Translations under genes and position numbers: made by a program
The notes under the pieces: generated by a model
What the model was told of the DNA's origin: nothing
The model's database searches: none
What the model saw: only the letters and a program-made list of their open reading frames with translations
In this document: positions 35,781-44,650 of the stretch, piece after piece
Numbering within the stretch: the first letter of the stretch is position 1
Layout of the letters: each line of letters opens with the position of its first letter
Source: Elusimicrobiota bacterium
GTDB taxonomy: Bacteria; Elusimicrobiota; Elusimicrobia; UBA1565
Reading direction: 5' to 3'
Assembly: GCA_043819795.1 (NCBI GenBank)
Contig: JBDREN010000131.1
Coordinates: forward strand, 1 to 47,411
DNA length: 47,411 nucleotides

Positions 35781-38700
35781 TCAGTCGGCCTTACAACCTT
35801 CGGCCCAGCCTTTCCGGCTCGTCCACACCTTCATCGTCCCCGCGGAGCAGCCGAACTTGAGCTCCCCTTTGTCCTCTCCGGGCTTGCAGCCCAGGATCTG
35901 GTCGCAGCCGCAGCCGAAGGCGGCCCCCATGTCCATGTTCGAGGCGTCGTAGTGGTTGGGCTTTAGCCCTCCCGGGGCGAACCACGCGACCGTCTGCGCG
36001 CACGCGTCATCCGCGTCCAGCACCGAATCGTCGTCGTCGTCGGGGTCCACGCAGTCCGCCATCCCGTCGGCGTCGAAGTCGGGGTAGCCCTCGTCCGTCA
36101 AGCCGTCGCAGTCGTCGTCTATGCCGTTGCACGCCTCGGCCGCGTCCGGATGCACGGCCGCGTCGGCGTCGTCGCAGTCCGCGGCCCCGCAGATGCCGCC
36201 CTCCACGGCGAAGCCGTCGCCGTCCGCGTCGGTGCAGTAGACGCAGTCGGGGTCCGTCAATCCTTCGGTCGAGGCGTCGCAGTAGCCGCTCGTGCCGGGT
36301 CCCCACGCCGCGCACATGCCGTCGTCGTCGCAGTCGCAGGCGTCTCCCGTGCCGTCGGCCTCGTAGAGCGTGAAGTCATCAAACACGACCGTGCTCGTGA
36401 CGCCCGCGCTGTGGGAGGTGACGACCATCCCCACCCGCTGGTCCTGGGCGGCGGCCGATACGTCGGCGCTGCCCACATAAGTCCAAGGACCCTCCGCGCT
36501 TGTGGCGCTGCAGTAGCCCGTGAATCCGGTCCCGCGCTTCGCGAGTCTCAGCCAGGTCGGATAGCTCGTCGTTCCCGCCTCCGTCCAGGCGTCCAAGAAG
36601 CCGTTCCCGTCGGAGTCCCACTGGAAGGAGCATCCATTCCCGGGCGTGACGACCATGATCACGTATCCGGCGGAGTCTCCGGCTCCGGGCATGCCGTTTC
36701 TGGCCACGACCCCGGCCTTCGCCCATTGATTCGTGTCCTGCTGGCTTTCCACCTTGACGACCGCGTCGAAATCCCCGGACACTCCCGTGTGCACGGCGCG
36801 GAACTCGTCAGACCCCGTCCAAATGTCGGCGCCGGCGGCCGTTATCCGCATCGCTCCGTCCTCTTCGGCGATATCCCCCTCGGTCGAAGCGAAGGGGCTC
36901 CACTCGGCGCCCATGGAAGCGTCATCGAAATCGTCTTCCAGAATGACGGAGGGCGTGCTCTGCTGCGAGGGGTTCGCCGCGGCAGGGCAGTTGTCGAGCC
37001 CGTCCTCCCATTCGTCCCCGTCGGCGTCCGCGGCGTCGTTGCAGGCGTCGCCTATCCCGCTCGAGTCCGTATCCTGCTGACCCGGATTGGCCGCGGCCGG
37101 GCAGTTGTCGGCCTGGCTCACGGAGTTGCGGCAGCCCCACAGCTCGGTCCCGGGGTCCCCGATCCCGTCATCGTCGGGATCCTGGCACGGCAGGCCCTCG
37201 CAGACGTCCCCGCATTGCGGGTTGAGGGCGAAGGGCATGGCGGGGCAATCCCCGTCCGAGTCCGTCTGATCCGGGTTCATTACGAACCGGCAGTTATCGC
37301 AGGCGTCCCCGAGTCCGTCGCCCGCGATCGGGGCTAACAGTGTGAAGTCGGCGAATTCCACATCGCCCAGGACGCCGGCGTTGTGGGATGTCGCGGCCAT
37401 CCCGATGTCCTGGCGCGCGGCGGCCTGGGGCACGTCGGCCTCGGCCACCAGAGTCCACGGACCGTCCGGGCCCGCCGTGCTGTAACGGCCCGAGAATACG
37501 GTCCCGCGCTTCTCGAGCTTAAGCCAACTAGGATAGGCCGAGCCGCCGATGTTCACGCTGGTGTCCAGGAACCCGTTTCCGTCGGCATCCCAGTGGAATG
37601 CGTATCCGTTTCCGGGAGTCATCACCATCACCGCGTAGCCCGGCGAGCTTCCGGCTCCGGTCATGTCGTTGCGGACCATGAGACCGGCCTTGGCCCACGG
37701 ATGCGTGTAGTCCTGCCTCTTCATTCTGACGACCGCGTCGAAGTCCCCCGTGACGGAGGCGTACACAGCGCCGTACTCATCGTTGTTTCGCCAGATGTCG
37801 GCGCCGGCGGCCGTAATCGTCAGCTTATCATCGGCTTCGGTGAAATCGGCCTCGGCGGAAGCGAACGTGCTCCAGCCGGGGTCCAGGGAGCCATCGCTGA
37901 AATCGTCCTTGACGACCAATGGATCGGAGTCCGCTTGCGAAGGATTCGGGGCGGCGGGGCAGTTGTCGAGGTCGTCCTCCCAGTCGTCTCCGTCCTGGTC
38001 CAAGGCGTCGTTGCAGGCGTCCCCGATCCCGCTCGAATCCGTGTCCTGCTGGCCGGGATTCTCGTCGGCGGGACAGTTGTCGGCCCGGTATGTCGAGCCC
38101 GGACAGCCGCGGAGCACGGTCCCGGGTGTGCCGTAACCGTCCTCGTCCGGGTCGTCGCAGGGCGTGAGCTCGCAGGCGTCCCCGCATTGCGGATCGGAGG
38201 CGAACGGCGCCGCGGGACAGCTCGCGTTGGAATCGGACTGGTCCGGGTTCATGGTATACCGGCAGTTGTCGCAGGCGTCGCCTACGCCGTCCCATATGCC
38301 GGCGCCGGAGAGCGTGAAGTCGTCGAACACGACCTCGCACAGGACGCCGGTGTTGTGAGAGGTGGCGCCCATCCCCACATGCTGGACCGGCTCGGCCGTC
38401 CAGACGTCGGCGGTCCCGACGTGAGTCCACGGGCCTTCGGGACCCTCCGTGCTGTAGTGGCCCGAGAAGACGGTGCCGCGCTTCTTGAGCAAAAGCCAGC
38501 TCGGATAGACCGACGCTCCGGCGTTCACGCTGGTGTCGAGGAATCCGTTCCCGTCGGAATCCCAGTGGAAGGCGTACCCGTTTCCGGGAGTCACGACCAT
38601 CACGGCGTAGCCCGGCGAGGCTCCGGCGCCGGCCATGTCGTTGCGGACCATGAGGCCCGCCTTCGCCCATTGGTGCGTGTCCTGCTGGCTCTCCACCTTG

Positions 38701-39908
38701 ACGACCGCGTCGAAGTCCCCGGTGACGGATGTGTACACGGCGCCGTACTCGTCGGCATAGTTCCAGATATCGGCGCCGGCGGCCGTTATCCGCATCGCGC
38801 CGTCGGATTCGGGGAAATACGCTTCGGCGGAGGCGTATGCGCTCCATTCAGGTCCCAAATAGGCGTCCTCGAAGTCGTCCTGGAATAGGTAGGCGTCGCT
38901 GTCTTCCTGCGAAGGGTTAAACAGGGCGGGACAGTTATCACAGGCATCGCCGGCCCCGTCGCCGTCGCTGTCCGATTGAGCTGGATTGTGGGCGGTGGGA
39001 CAGTTGTCGGCAACGGCGCAAAGGCCGTCCTCGTCGGGATCGTTCACCGGATCATCGGGACAGTCGTCACAAAGGGTTCCTATCCCGTCTCCGTCTGAGT
39101 CCATCTGCTCCGGATTGGGCGTGGCGGGACAGTTGTCGCAGACCTCCCCGGCCCCGTCGCCGTCGCTGTCGGTCTGGTCGGGATTGTGGATGGCCGGGCA
39201 GTTGTCGCAGGCGTCGCCGAATCCGTCCGGGACGCGCATGGCGTAACTCAGGTCGAGAGGGTCGTTCGATGCGTCAAAGATGCCGTAGCAGAGTCCCCAG
39301 CCCCCTGTTCCCTCCGAGACGGCGAACAATACTTTATGCCAGCCTTCGGTCAGCTCCACATCCACCTGGTCCTGGTAGGCGGGATTACACGACCAACCCC
39401 TGGCCACGGAATTGCTGTGGACCAGGTCGCCGTCGACCCACAGCCTGACGGAATCGTCGGAGCCTATCTTGAACCGGACGGTCCGCTCGGCCGGGATGTG
39501 GAGGTAGATGTGGGAGTACGCATAGACATCATCATTGGGAGAGAATATTTCATTAAAGTCCGTCAGGTCGCCCGGCCTCGTATAGTCGAACCACTGCAGT
39601 CCGCCATAGTCGGCTCCCGCAGAGGGATCCGTATTCTCTATTCCTGTCTGGTGACTGTCCACATCGTAGAATCCGGTCGAAGGCCACGGGCCTATCAAGA
39701 GCTGATGTTCCGGCGAGCCGTTTACGAGGGTGAACGGGAGTATGTCGGAATCTGTCTGATCGGAGTTAGGGACGGCCGGGCAGTTATCGGCCGCATCCTC
39801 AATGCCGTCGGCGTCGGTGTCCGCCGCCGCGGCGGCGCCGACGTCGTAGCCTGAAAACGGCGAAACGGTCCAACAGAGCATCATGCCCAGAGCCAGAAGT
39901 TTCTTCAT
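35781..39908 (-). CDS. Large secreted protein: thrombospondin type-3 repeats, a PA14-like domain, three ConA/DUF1349-like beta-sandwiches and a C-terminal Cys/Asp metal-binding repeat
   Basis: Signal peptide; many DNCP...NP.Q.DSDGDG.GDACD repeats; IGSDDSVRLWVDG; three ITAAGADIW...WAKAG modules at a 972-bp period; DCDDADAAVHPDAAEACNGIDDDCDG. Confidence 0.9.
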   Translation of the reverse strand: MKKLLALGMMLCWTVSPFSGYDVGAAAAADTDADGIEDAADNCPAVPNSDQTDSDILPFTLVNGSPEHQLLIGPWPSTGFYDVDSHQTGIENTDPSAGADYGGLQWFDYTRPGDLTDFNEIFSPNDDVYAYSHIYLHIPAERTVRFKIGSDDSVRLWVDGDLVHSNSVARGWSCNPAYQDQVDVELTEGWHKVLFAVSEGTGGWGLCYGIFDASNDPLDLSYAMRVPDGFGDACDNCPAIHNPDQTDSDGDGAGEVCDNCPATPNPEQMDSDGDGIGTLCDDCPDDPVNDPDEDGLCAVADNCPTAHNPAQSDSDGDGAGDACDNCPALFNPSQEDSDAYLFQDDFEDAYLGPEWSAYASAEAYFPESDGAMRITAAGADIWNYADEYGAVYTSVTGDFDAVVKVESQQDTHQWAKAGLMVRNDMAGAGASPGYAVMVVTPGNGYAFHWDSDGNGFLDTSVNAGASVYPSWLLLKKRGTVFSGHYSTEGPEGPWTHVGTADVWTAEPVQHVGMGATSHNTGVLCEVVFDDFTLSGAGIWDGVGDACDNCRYTMNPDQSDSNASCPAAPFASDPQCGDACELTPCDDPDEDGYGTPGTVLRGCPGSTYRADNCPADENPGQQDTDSSGIGDACNDALDQDGDDWEDDLDNCPAAPNPSQADSDPLVVKDDFSDGSLDPGWSTFASAEADFTEADDKLTITAAGADIWRNNDEYGAVYASVTGDFDAVVRMKRQDYTHPWAKAGLMVRNDMTGAGSSPGYAVMVMTPGNGYAFHWDADGNGFLDTSVNIGGSAYPSWLKLEKRGTVFSGRYSTAGPDGPWTLVAEADVPQAAARQDIGMAATSHNAGVLGDVEFADFTLLAPIAGDGLGDACDNCRFVMNPDQTDSDGDCPAMPFALNPQCGDVCEGLPCQDPDDDGIGDPGTELWGCRNSVSQADNCPAAANPGQQDTDSSGIGDACNDAADADGDEWEDGLDNCPAAANPSQQSTPSVILEDDFDDASMGAEWSPFASTEGDIAEEDGAMRITAAGADIWTGSDEFRAVHTGVSGDFDAVVKVESQQDTNQWAKAGVVARNGMPGAGDSAGYVIMVVTPGNGCSFQWDSDGNGFLDAWTEAGTTSYPTWLRLAKRGTGFTGYCSATSAEGPWTYVGSADVSAAAQDQRVGMVVTSHSAGVTSTVVFDDFTLYEADGTGDACDCDDDGMCAAWGPGTSGYCDASTEGLTDPDCVYCTDADGDGFAVEGGICGAADCDDADAAVHPDAAEACNGIDDDCDGLTDEGYPDFDADGMADCVDPDDDDDSVLDADDACAQTVAWFAPGGLKPNHYDASNMDMGAAFGCGCDQILGCKPGEDKGELKFGCSAGTMKVWTSRKGWAEGCKAD

Positions 39909-39990
39909 CCTTGCCCCCTATACGCCTTCAGCGTTCCTTCCGCGGAGCCGTCTTGGACCGCGATTCAGGCTTGCCTGACGCGGTCAATCC

Positions 39991-40019
39991 AGTATAGCCG
40001 GGGTCTGTGGACAAGTCAA
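39991..40019 (-). promoter_or_regulatory. sigma70-type promoter
   Basis: TTGACT-17 nt-TATACT. Confidence 0.75.
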
Positions 40020-40149
40020 TGACAGCGCGCCGACAGGGAATTAAAAAAAGCATTGATAATGCATATTTATTTAAACTTGTCAGCGGCGAGCCTTGGGGCG
40101 GGGCGGGCGGCGGGTTTTTGAGACGGCCGGGAATCGAGGGACCGGGTCG

Positions 40150-41154
40150 TCAGCCTTTCTTCGGAAGGAACTCGATGCGGCGGATGTCCACGCGGTGCAG
40201 GGCCGCGGGCTTCTGCGTGATGATCCAGGCCCAGGCTCCGTTCACGGAGAAGCCCGAGAGCCTGCCGCCTTCGGGAAGATGCGGCCCGATGGGCGCCCGG
40301 CCGGCGGGCTCCAGCCGGTCTCCGATGCGGTAGCGGCCGATGCTGCGGGAGGCCGCGTCCAACACCCACAGATGGTCGCGGTCTCGGTGGATGCCGACCG
40401 GATCAGCCTCGCTCACCGCCGCCTCCGTGATCACGCTGAGGCTCTTGTCGAAGGCGTGCCGGTAGACCTTGCGGGTGCGGCGGTCGTAGCTCCAGAGCTG
40501 CTTGCCGTCCCAGTGGACGGCGGAAGGCGACTCTCCCGGGCTTCTGAACTCCTCCAGGACGACCGACGTTTTCGGGTGGTGCAGCAGGATCATGCCGCTC
40601 TTCGGGTCGGTGCTCCACACGCAGGCTCGCCCCAGGCTCAATCCCGCGGCGTCCGGGTTCGGGAAGGGCGTGGTCTGAAAGAGCCGGCTGCTGTCGGGGT
40701 CCAGCCGGACCAGGAGCCCGCTCTCCCGGTCCACCGAGGCGTAGCTGCCGTGCTCGACGAAAAGGCCGGTCGGCGCGGAGGCCGGAAAGGGCAGGCTTAC
40801 GGTCTCGGCGAGGGGCTCCAACGGCTCGACGGCCGCCTGGGCCGGGGGCGCTTCGACCTGGGGCGGGGCCGGCTTGGAGGCCGTGCGATAGATCCATACC
40901 CCGCCGGCGACGCACAGCGCGGCCGCGACGCCGGCCAGAACGGGCCGGCCGGGGAGCCTGGCGCGGGGGACGAGGGGGACATGGCGCGTGCGCTCCAGGG
41001 AGTCGATCTCGGAGGTCAGCTTGTCGATCTCGGTGCGCAGCTTGGCGTGCGCCTCGTCATGCTCCGGCTGGAGCTCGAGGTCCATCTCCGCGAGCTTGGC
41101 GTCGAAGCTCTCCAGGACTCTCAGCAGCCGTTCGGGATCGGAGTTATCTGGCAT
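40150..41154 (-). CDS. Coiled coil + TM + extracytoplasmic beta-propeller protein
   Basis: N-terminal heptads; TM VLAGVAAALCVAGGVWIY; repeats PTGL, AGLSLG..VW, PSAVHWDGKQLWSYD and PVGIH..DHLWVLD. Confidence 0.78.
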   Translation of the reverse strand: MPDNSDPERLLRVLESFDAKLAEMDLELQPEHDEAHAKLRTEIDKLTSEIDSLERTRHVPLVPRARLPGRPVLAGVAAALCVAGGVWIYRTASKPAPPQVEAPPAQAAVEPLEPLAETVSLPFPASAPTGLFVEHGSYASVDRESGLLVRLDPDSSRLFQTTPFPNPDAAGLSLGRACVWSTDPKSGMILLHHPKTSVVLEEFRSPGESPSAVHWDGKQLWSYDRRTRKVYRHAFDKSLSVITEAAVSEADPVGIHRDRDHLWVLDAASRSIGRYRIGDRLEPAGRAPIGPHLPEGGRLSGFSVNGAWAWIITQKPAALHRVDIRRIEFLPKKG

Positions 41155-41189
41155 CTTCGCTCAAGCCCGGGCGGGCTCGCTCCGGGGGG

Positions 41190-42056
41190 CTAAGAGCCCA
41201 GCCTCGCTCGGTATTCGCTCACCACGTTCCTGATCTCTTCCCGCAGCTTCCGCTTGATGTCGTCGAGCTCGAGGCGCTTCTTCTGCCAGGCGGACTCCAG
41301 GCCCAGCCGGTTCTTCTCGAGGGCCTCCTCCACGCGGCGGACCTCCGCCTCGCGGTCGGCGAGCCTGCTCTCCCGCGCGTCGAACTCCTTGCGCGTCTCT
41401 TGCTGGGCCTCGCGCAGGGCCTCCTCCTTCTTGAGGTACTCGCGCTCGAGCTCCAGGGCGCGCTGCTTCAGGTCGCGCACCTGCTCGAGATGCTTCTCGG
41501 TGAGGTCCTTGACCAGCTTCTCGTGCTCGACCTCCTGGGTGCGGCGGCGCTGGGCCCAGCTCTTCTCCAGCGCCTCTTCCTTGGAATGGAGGTCTTGGAG
41601 GAACTTCTGCATCTTCTCGGCGCGGGCCATGTCCCGATCCGACTCGGACTCGAGGAGCTTCTGCTGGAACTCGGTCCTTTCCTTCTCCTTGTCCTCGAGC
41701 ACGGCGAGCAGCTCCTCGGCCTTCTCGCGCTCGCGCGTGAGGGCCTTGTCGAGGGCTTCCTCCAGGGACTTGGCGTGTCCCCGGGCCTCGTCGAGCTGGC
41801 GCTGCAGGTCCTGCAGGCTCCCCTTGTATTCGGCGTGGACCTCCCGTTCGAGGCCCTTTCTCTGATGAGCGACGGTCGTCTTGAGCGAGAACACGGTCTT
41901 CTCGGCGCGGTCGACCTCGTCCCGGTACTCCTCGAGCAGGGCCTGGAGCCTGACCGCGGCCGTGCGGTCCTCGTCCCAGAGCCTGGCGCAAAGCTTCTCG
42001 AGCCGGCTGAAGACCTCGGTGAGGTGGAGGATGCCGTCGCCGGACTTGTCGGCCAT
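41190..42056 (-). CDS. Coiled-coil protein
   Basis: 288 aa, almost entirely E/K/R/L heptads. Confidence 0.85.
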   Translation of the reverse strand: MADKSGDGILHLTEVFSRLEKLCARLWDEDRTAAVRLQALLEEYRDEVDRAEKTVFSLKTTVAHQRKGLEREVHAEYKGSLQDLQRQLDEARGHAKSLEEALDKALTREREKAEELLAVLEDKEKERTEFQQKLLESESDRDMARAEKMQKFLQDLHSKEEALEKSWAQRRRTQEVEHEKLVKDLTEKHLEQVRDLKQRALELEREYLKKEEALREAQQETRKEFDARESRLADREAEVRRVEEALEKNRLGLESAWQKKRLELDDIKRKLREEIRNVVSEYRARLGS

Positions 42057-42060
42057 GCCG

Positions 42061-43323
42061 CTAGCCTCCCTCCCCCGGCTCCCGCCCGTCGCCCTTGGAG
42101 CGGCCCAGCGCCGCGAGCTTCTCGCGGTAGGCGCGCACGGTCTCTATGAGCTCGCGCTTGAGCTCGTCGATCCGCTGCGCGCGCTCGGCCGCGTACGCGT
42201 CGCTCTCGTAGACCTTCTCGTGCGCCTGGCGGTCCCGCGTGCGCAGCGACGCCTCCCGGTCCTTCCAGGACTGCTCCCGCTTGCGCTCGTGCGCCTCGAA
42301 CTCCTCGAAGCGCTTGACCAGGGCGTCTTCGAGCCCCGAGACCTCGATCTGGCGGAGGTTCATGTTCTCGAAGACGATCTGGCGCTGGGCGTCGAGGTGG
42401 CGTTGGCGCTTGCGGGTCTCCTCCTGGAGGTCCTCCGAGCGCTGCTCCAGCTCCCGGATCTTCTGGAGATAGTCCCTGCCGTCGGCCATCTTCCCGGACT
42501 CCAGCTCCGCGAGGCGGTCCACGGACTCCCGGTTGAGCTCCTCCCATTTACGGACCTGGGCCAGGAGATGGGCCTTCTCGATGGACCATGACCGGCGCTC
42601 GCGCTCCTCGGCGCGGGCGCGCTCCTCCTCCCAAGTCCGCATCTTCAGGCGGGAGCCCTCATGGAGCTCGGCCAGGCGCCGCTGGAACTCGGTCTCGGTG
42701 CGCTCCGCCTCCTTTCGCAGTTCCTCCTGCCGGGCGCGCAGCTGCTGCTCCGTCCTGGCTTCCCGGTCGGCCAGCGTCCTTTCGCGGCTCTCGAGCTGGG
42801 CTTCGGTCGACCGCAGGGCCAGCTCCCGGGACACGTACGACTTGTCCATCTGCGCCTGCCGCTCTTGGAGCGTGCGCTCCACGCCCTCGGCCTGCTGGCG
42901 GCCGCGCACCTCGCCCTCGACCTGCAGCCGTTTGAACCGGCGTTCGAGCTCGTGCTTGCGGGCGTCGAAGTCCTTCTCGATCTGGTTCTGGTGGGTCTCG
43001 AGGGCCCGGGTCCGGTGGGCGAGTTCCTGCTCTCGCGCGAGGAGCTTCTTGAGGTCCAGCGTCCCCTTGCAGTAGTCGGAGAGGAGCTTCTCGATCCGGT
43101 CGTAATAGGCCTCGCGGCCCGTCAGGAACGCCTCCCGCTCCTGGCCCATCTGGGACTGCGCGGCCAAAGTGGCGCGGGCATCCTCCGCCTGCTTGCGGGT
43201 CTCCTGATTGCGGGTCTCGAGCGTGTGGATGCGCTCCAGCGCCCAGCGCAGGGTCATCTTGGCCGTATCGAGGTTATCGATCGCGTCTACGTTGCCGGAC
43301 GCGGGTCTCGGATTCTGTTCCAT
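42061..43323 (-). CDS. Long coiled-coil protein
   Basis: N-terminal IDNLDTAKMTLRWALERIHTLE, then ~380 aa of heptads; promoter upstream. Confidence 0.85.
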   Translation of the reverse strand: MEQNPRPASGNVDAIDNLDTAKMTLRWALERIHTLETRNQETRKQAEDARATLAAQSQMGQEREAFLTGREAYYDRIEKLLSDYCKGTLDLKKLLAREQELAHRTRALETHQNQIEKDFDARKHELERRFKRLQVEGEVRGRQQAEGVERTLQERQAQMDKSYVSRELALRSTEAQLESRERTLADREARTEQQLRARQEELRKEAERTETEFQRRLAELHEGSRLKMRTWEEERARAEERERRSWSIEKAHLLAQVRKWEELNRESVDRLAELESGKMADGRDYLQKIRELEQRSEDLQEETRKRQRHLDAQRQIVFENMNLRQIEVSGLEDALVKRFEEFEAHERKREQSWKDREASLRTRDRQAHEKVYESDAYAAERAQRIDELKRELIETVRAYREKLAALGRSKGDGREPGEGG

Positions 43324-43360
43324 TGAAAGGCCGGGCGGCACCACCGGGGTGCCATCCTTT

Positions 43361-43389
43361 AGATTAGGGGGAAAACCTTAAAAAGTCAA
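43361..43389 (-). promoter_or_regulatory. sigma70-type promoter with an AT-rich upstream element
   Basis: TTGACT-17 nt-TAATCT. Confidence 0.7.
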
Positions 43390-43439
43390 TAAAATTATTG
43401 TTACAGAGGGGTTTTGTGACCGAAAATTCGCAATCCGGG

Positions 43440-44444
43440 CTAGTTTGTCAGGACGATCCGGAAGCGGGGCTTGCCGCGGCGGACCGTCTGGACCCCCTCG
43501 TTGGCCCGCGCCATGGGGAGAGTCTCAACCTGCGCGCCGATCCGGTGGCGGGCGGCGAATTCGAGCATCTCCCGGATCGTCCTTCGCCCCCCGATCGGAC
43601 TGCCGCAGACCGATTTCCGTCCCGCGATGAGGGAGAACACGGGCAGCGAGACCTCGCTCGGGATCGCTCCTACGAAGCACAGCCTGCCGTCCGGCCGCAG
43701 CACGCCCATGTAGGCCGCCCAATCGAGGTCGGCCGGCACGGTCGCGAGCAGGAAGTCGAGGGAGCCGGCCGCGGAGGCCAGGGCATCCTTGTCCCGGCTC
43801 GGGACGAAGCGGTGGGCGCCGAACTTCATGGCCTCTCCCTCCTTGTCCGGAGAGCCCGAGAAGGCGGTCACCTCGCAGCCGAACGCGCGAGCGAACCGGA
43901 GAGCGAGGTGGCCCAGGCCCCCGACGCCGATGACGCCGACCCGCATCGATGGGCGCACGCCGTAATGCGCCAGGGGGGAGTAGACCGTGATGCCTCCGCA
44001 GAGCAGCGGCGCGGCTTGGGCCGAGTCGAGGGAGTCCGGGATCGGGAACGCGAAGCGGCTGTCGACCCGGCGCGCGTCCGCGAAGCCTCCGTGGTTCCCG
44101 TAGCAGGTCGCCGCGCTTCGTCCGCACAGGTTTTCGTCTCCGCGGACGCAGCAGTCGCAGGACCCGCAGGCCCCGCACTGCCAGCCCACGCCGACGCGCT
44201 GGCCCACGGCAAGGCGCCGGACGGCCGGTCCGAGGCGCTTGACGGTCCCGACGATCTCGTGGCCCGGGACCAGCGGGTACCTGCTTCCCTTCCAGTCGTT
44301 GTCGATGAGGTGGATGTCCGAGTGGCAGATCCCGCAGTGCGTGATCTCGATCTCGGCGTCGTGGGCGCCGAGCCGGCCGGAGTCGTAAACGAAGGGAACG
44401 AGTTTCCCTTTGGCTTTATTCGCCGCGTAGGCGTGGATCTTCAT
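43440..44444 (-). CDS. Zn-dependent NAD(P) alcohol dehydrogenase / aldehyde reductase (Ahr/CAD-like)
   Basis: CGICHSD, PGHEIVG, structural zinc site CGSCDCC...C, APLLCGGITVY and GVGGLGH. Confidence 0.95.
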   Translation of the reverse strand: MKIHAYAANKAKGKLVPFVYDSGRLGAHDAEIEITHCGICHSDIHLIDNDWKGSRYPLVPGHEIVGTVKRLGPAVRRLAVGQRVGVGWQCGACGSCDCCVRGDENLCGRSAATCYGNHGGFADARRVDSRFAFPIPDSLDSAQAAPLLCGGITVYSPLAHYGVRPSMRVGVIGVGGLGHLALRFARAFGCEVTAFSGSPDKEGEAMKFGAHRFVPSRDKDALASAAGSLDFLLATVPADLDWAAYMGVLRPDGRLCFVGAIPSEVSLPVFSLIAGRKSVCGSPIGGRRTIREMLEFAARHRIGAQVETLPMARANEGVQTVRRGKPRFRIVLTN

Positions 44445-44474
44445 GGCATCCGCTCCTCAAAAGTCAGCATTCGT

Positions 44475-44555
44475 GCCCGGCATCCGAGTTACTCAATATC
44501 GGTGCCAGGCACCGATAGGCACCGATATTGAGTAACTCGGATCAGGGGCCCGGCA
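44475..44555. repeat. Perfect 25-bp-arm palindrome flanked by 8-bp direct repeats
   Basis: ATCCGAGTTACTCAATATCGGTGCC (44482-44506) / GGCACCGATATTGAGTAACTCGGAT (44518-44542); GCCCGGCA at 44475-44482 and 44548-44555. Confidence 0.9.
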
Positions 44556-44650
44556 CTGGGGTCCGGGGTTAACTTATTACTTTGAGATGGGGCGTGTCGA
44601 GCCGGTGAAAGCCGCGTCCGGGGGGATTTGTTAGAATGGGGGCGTTCGTG

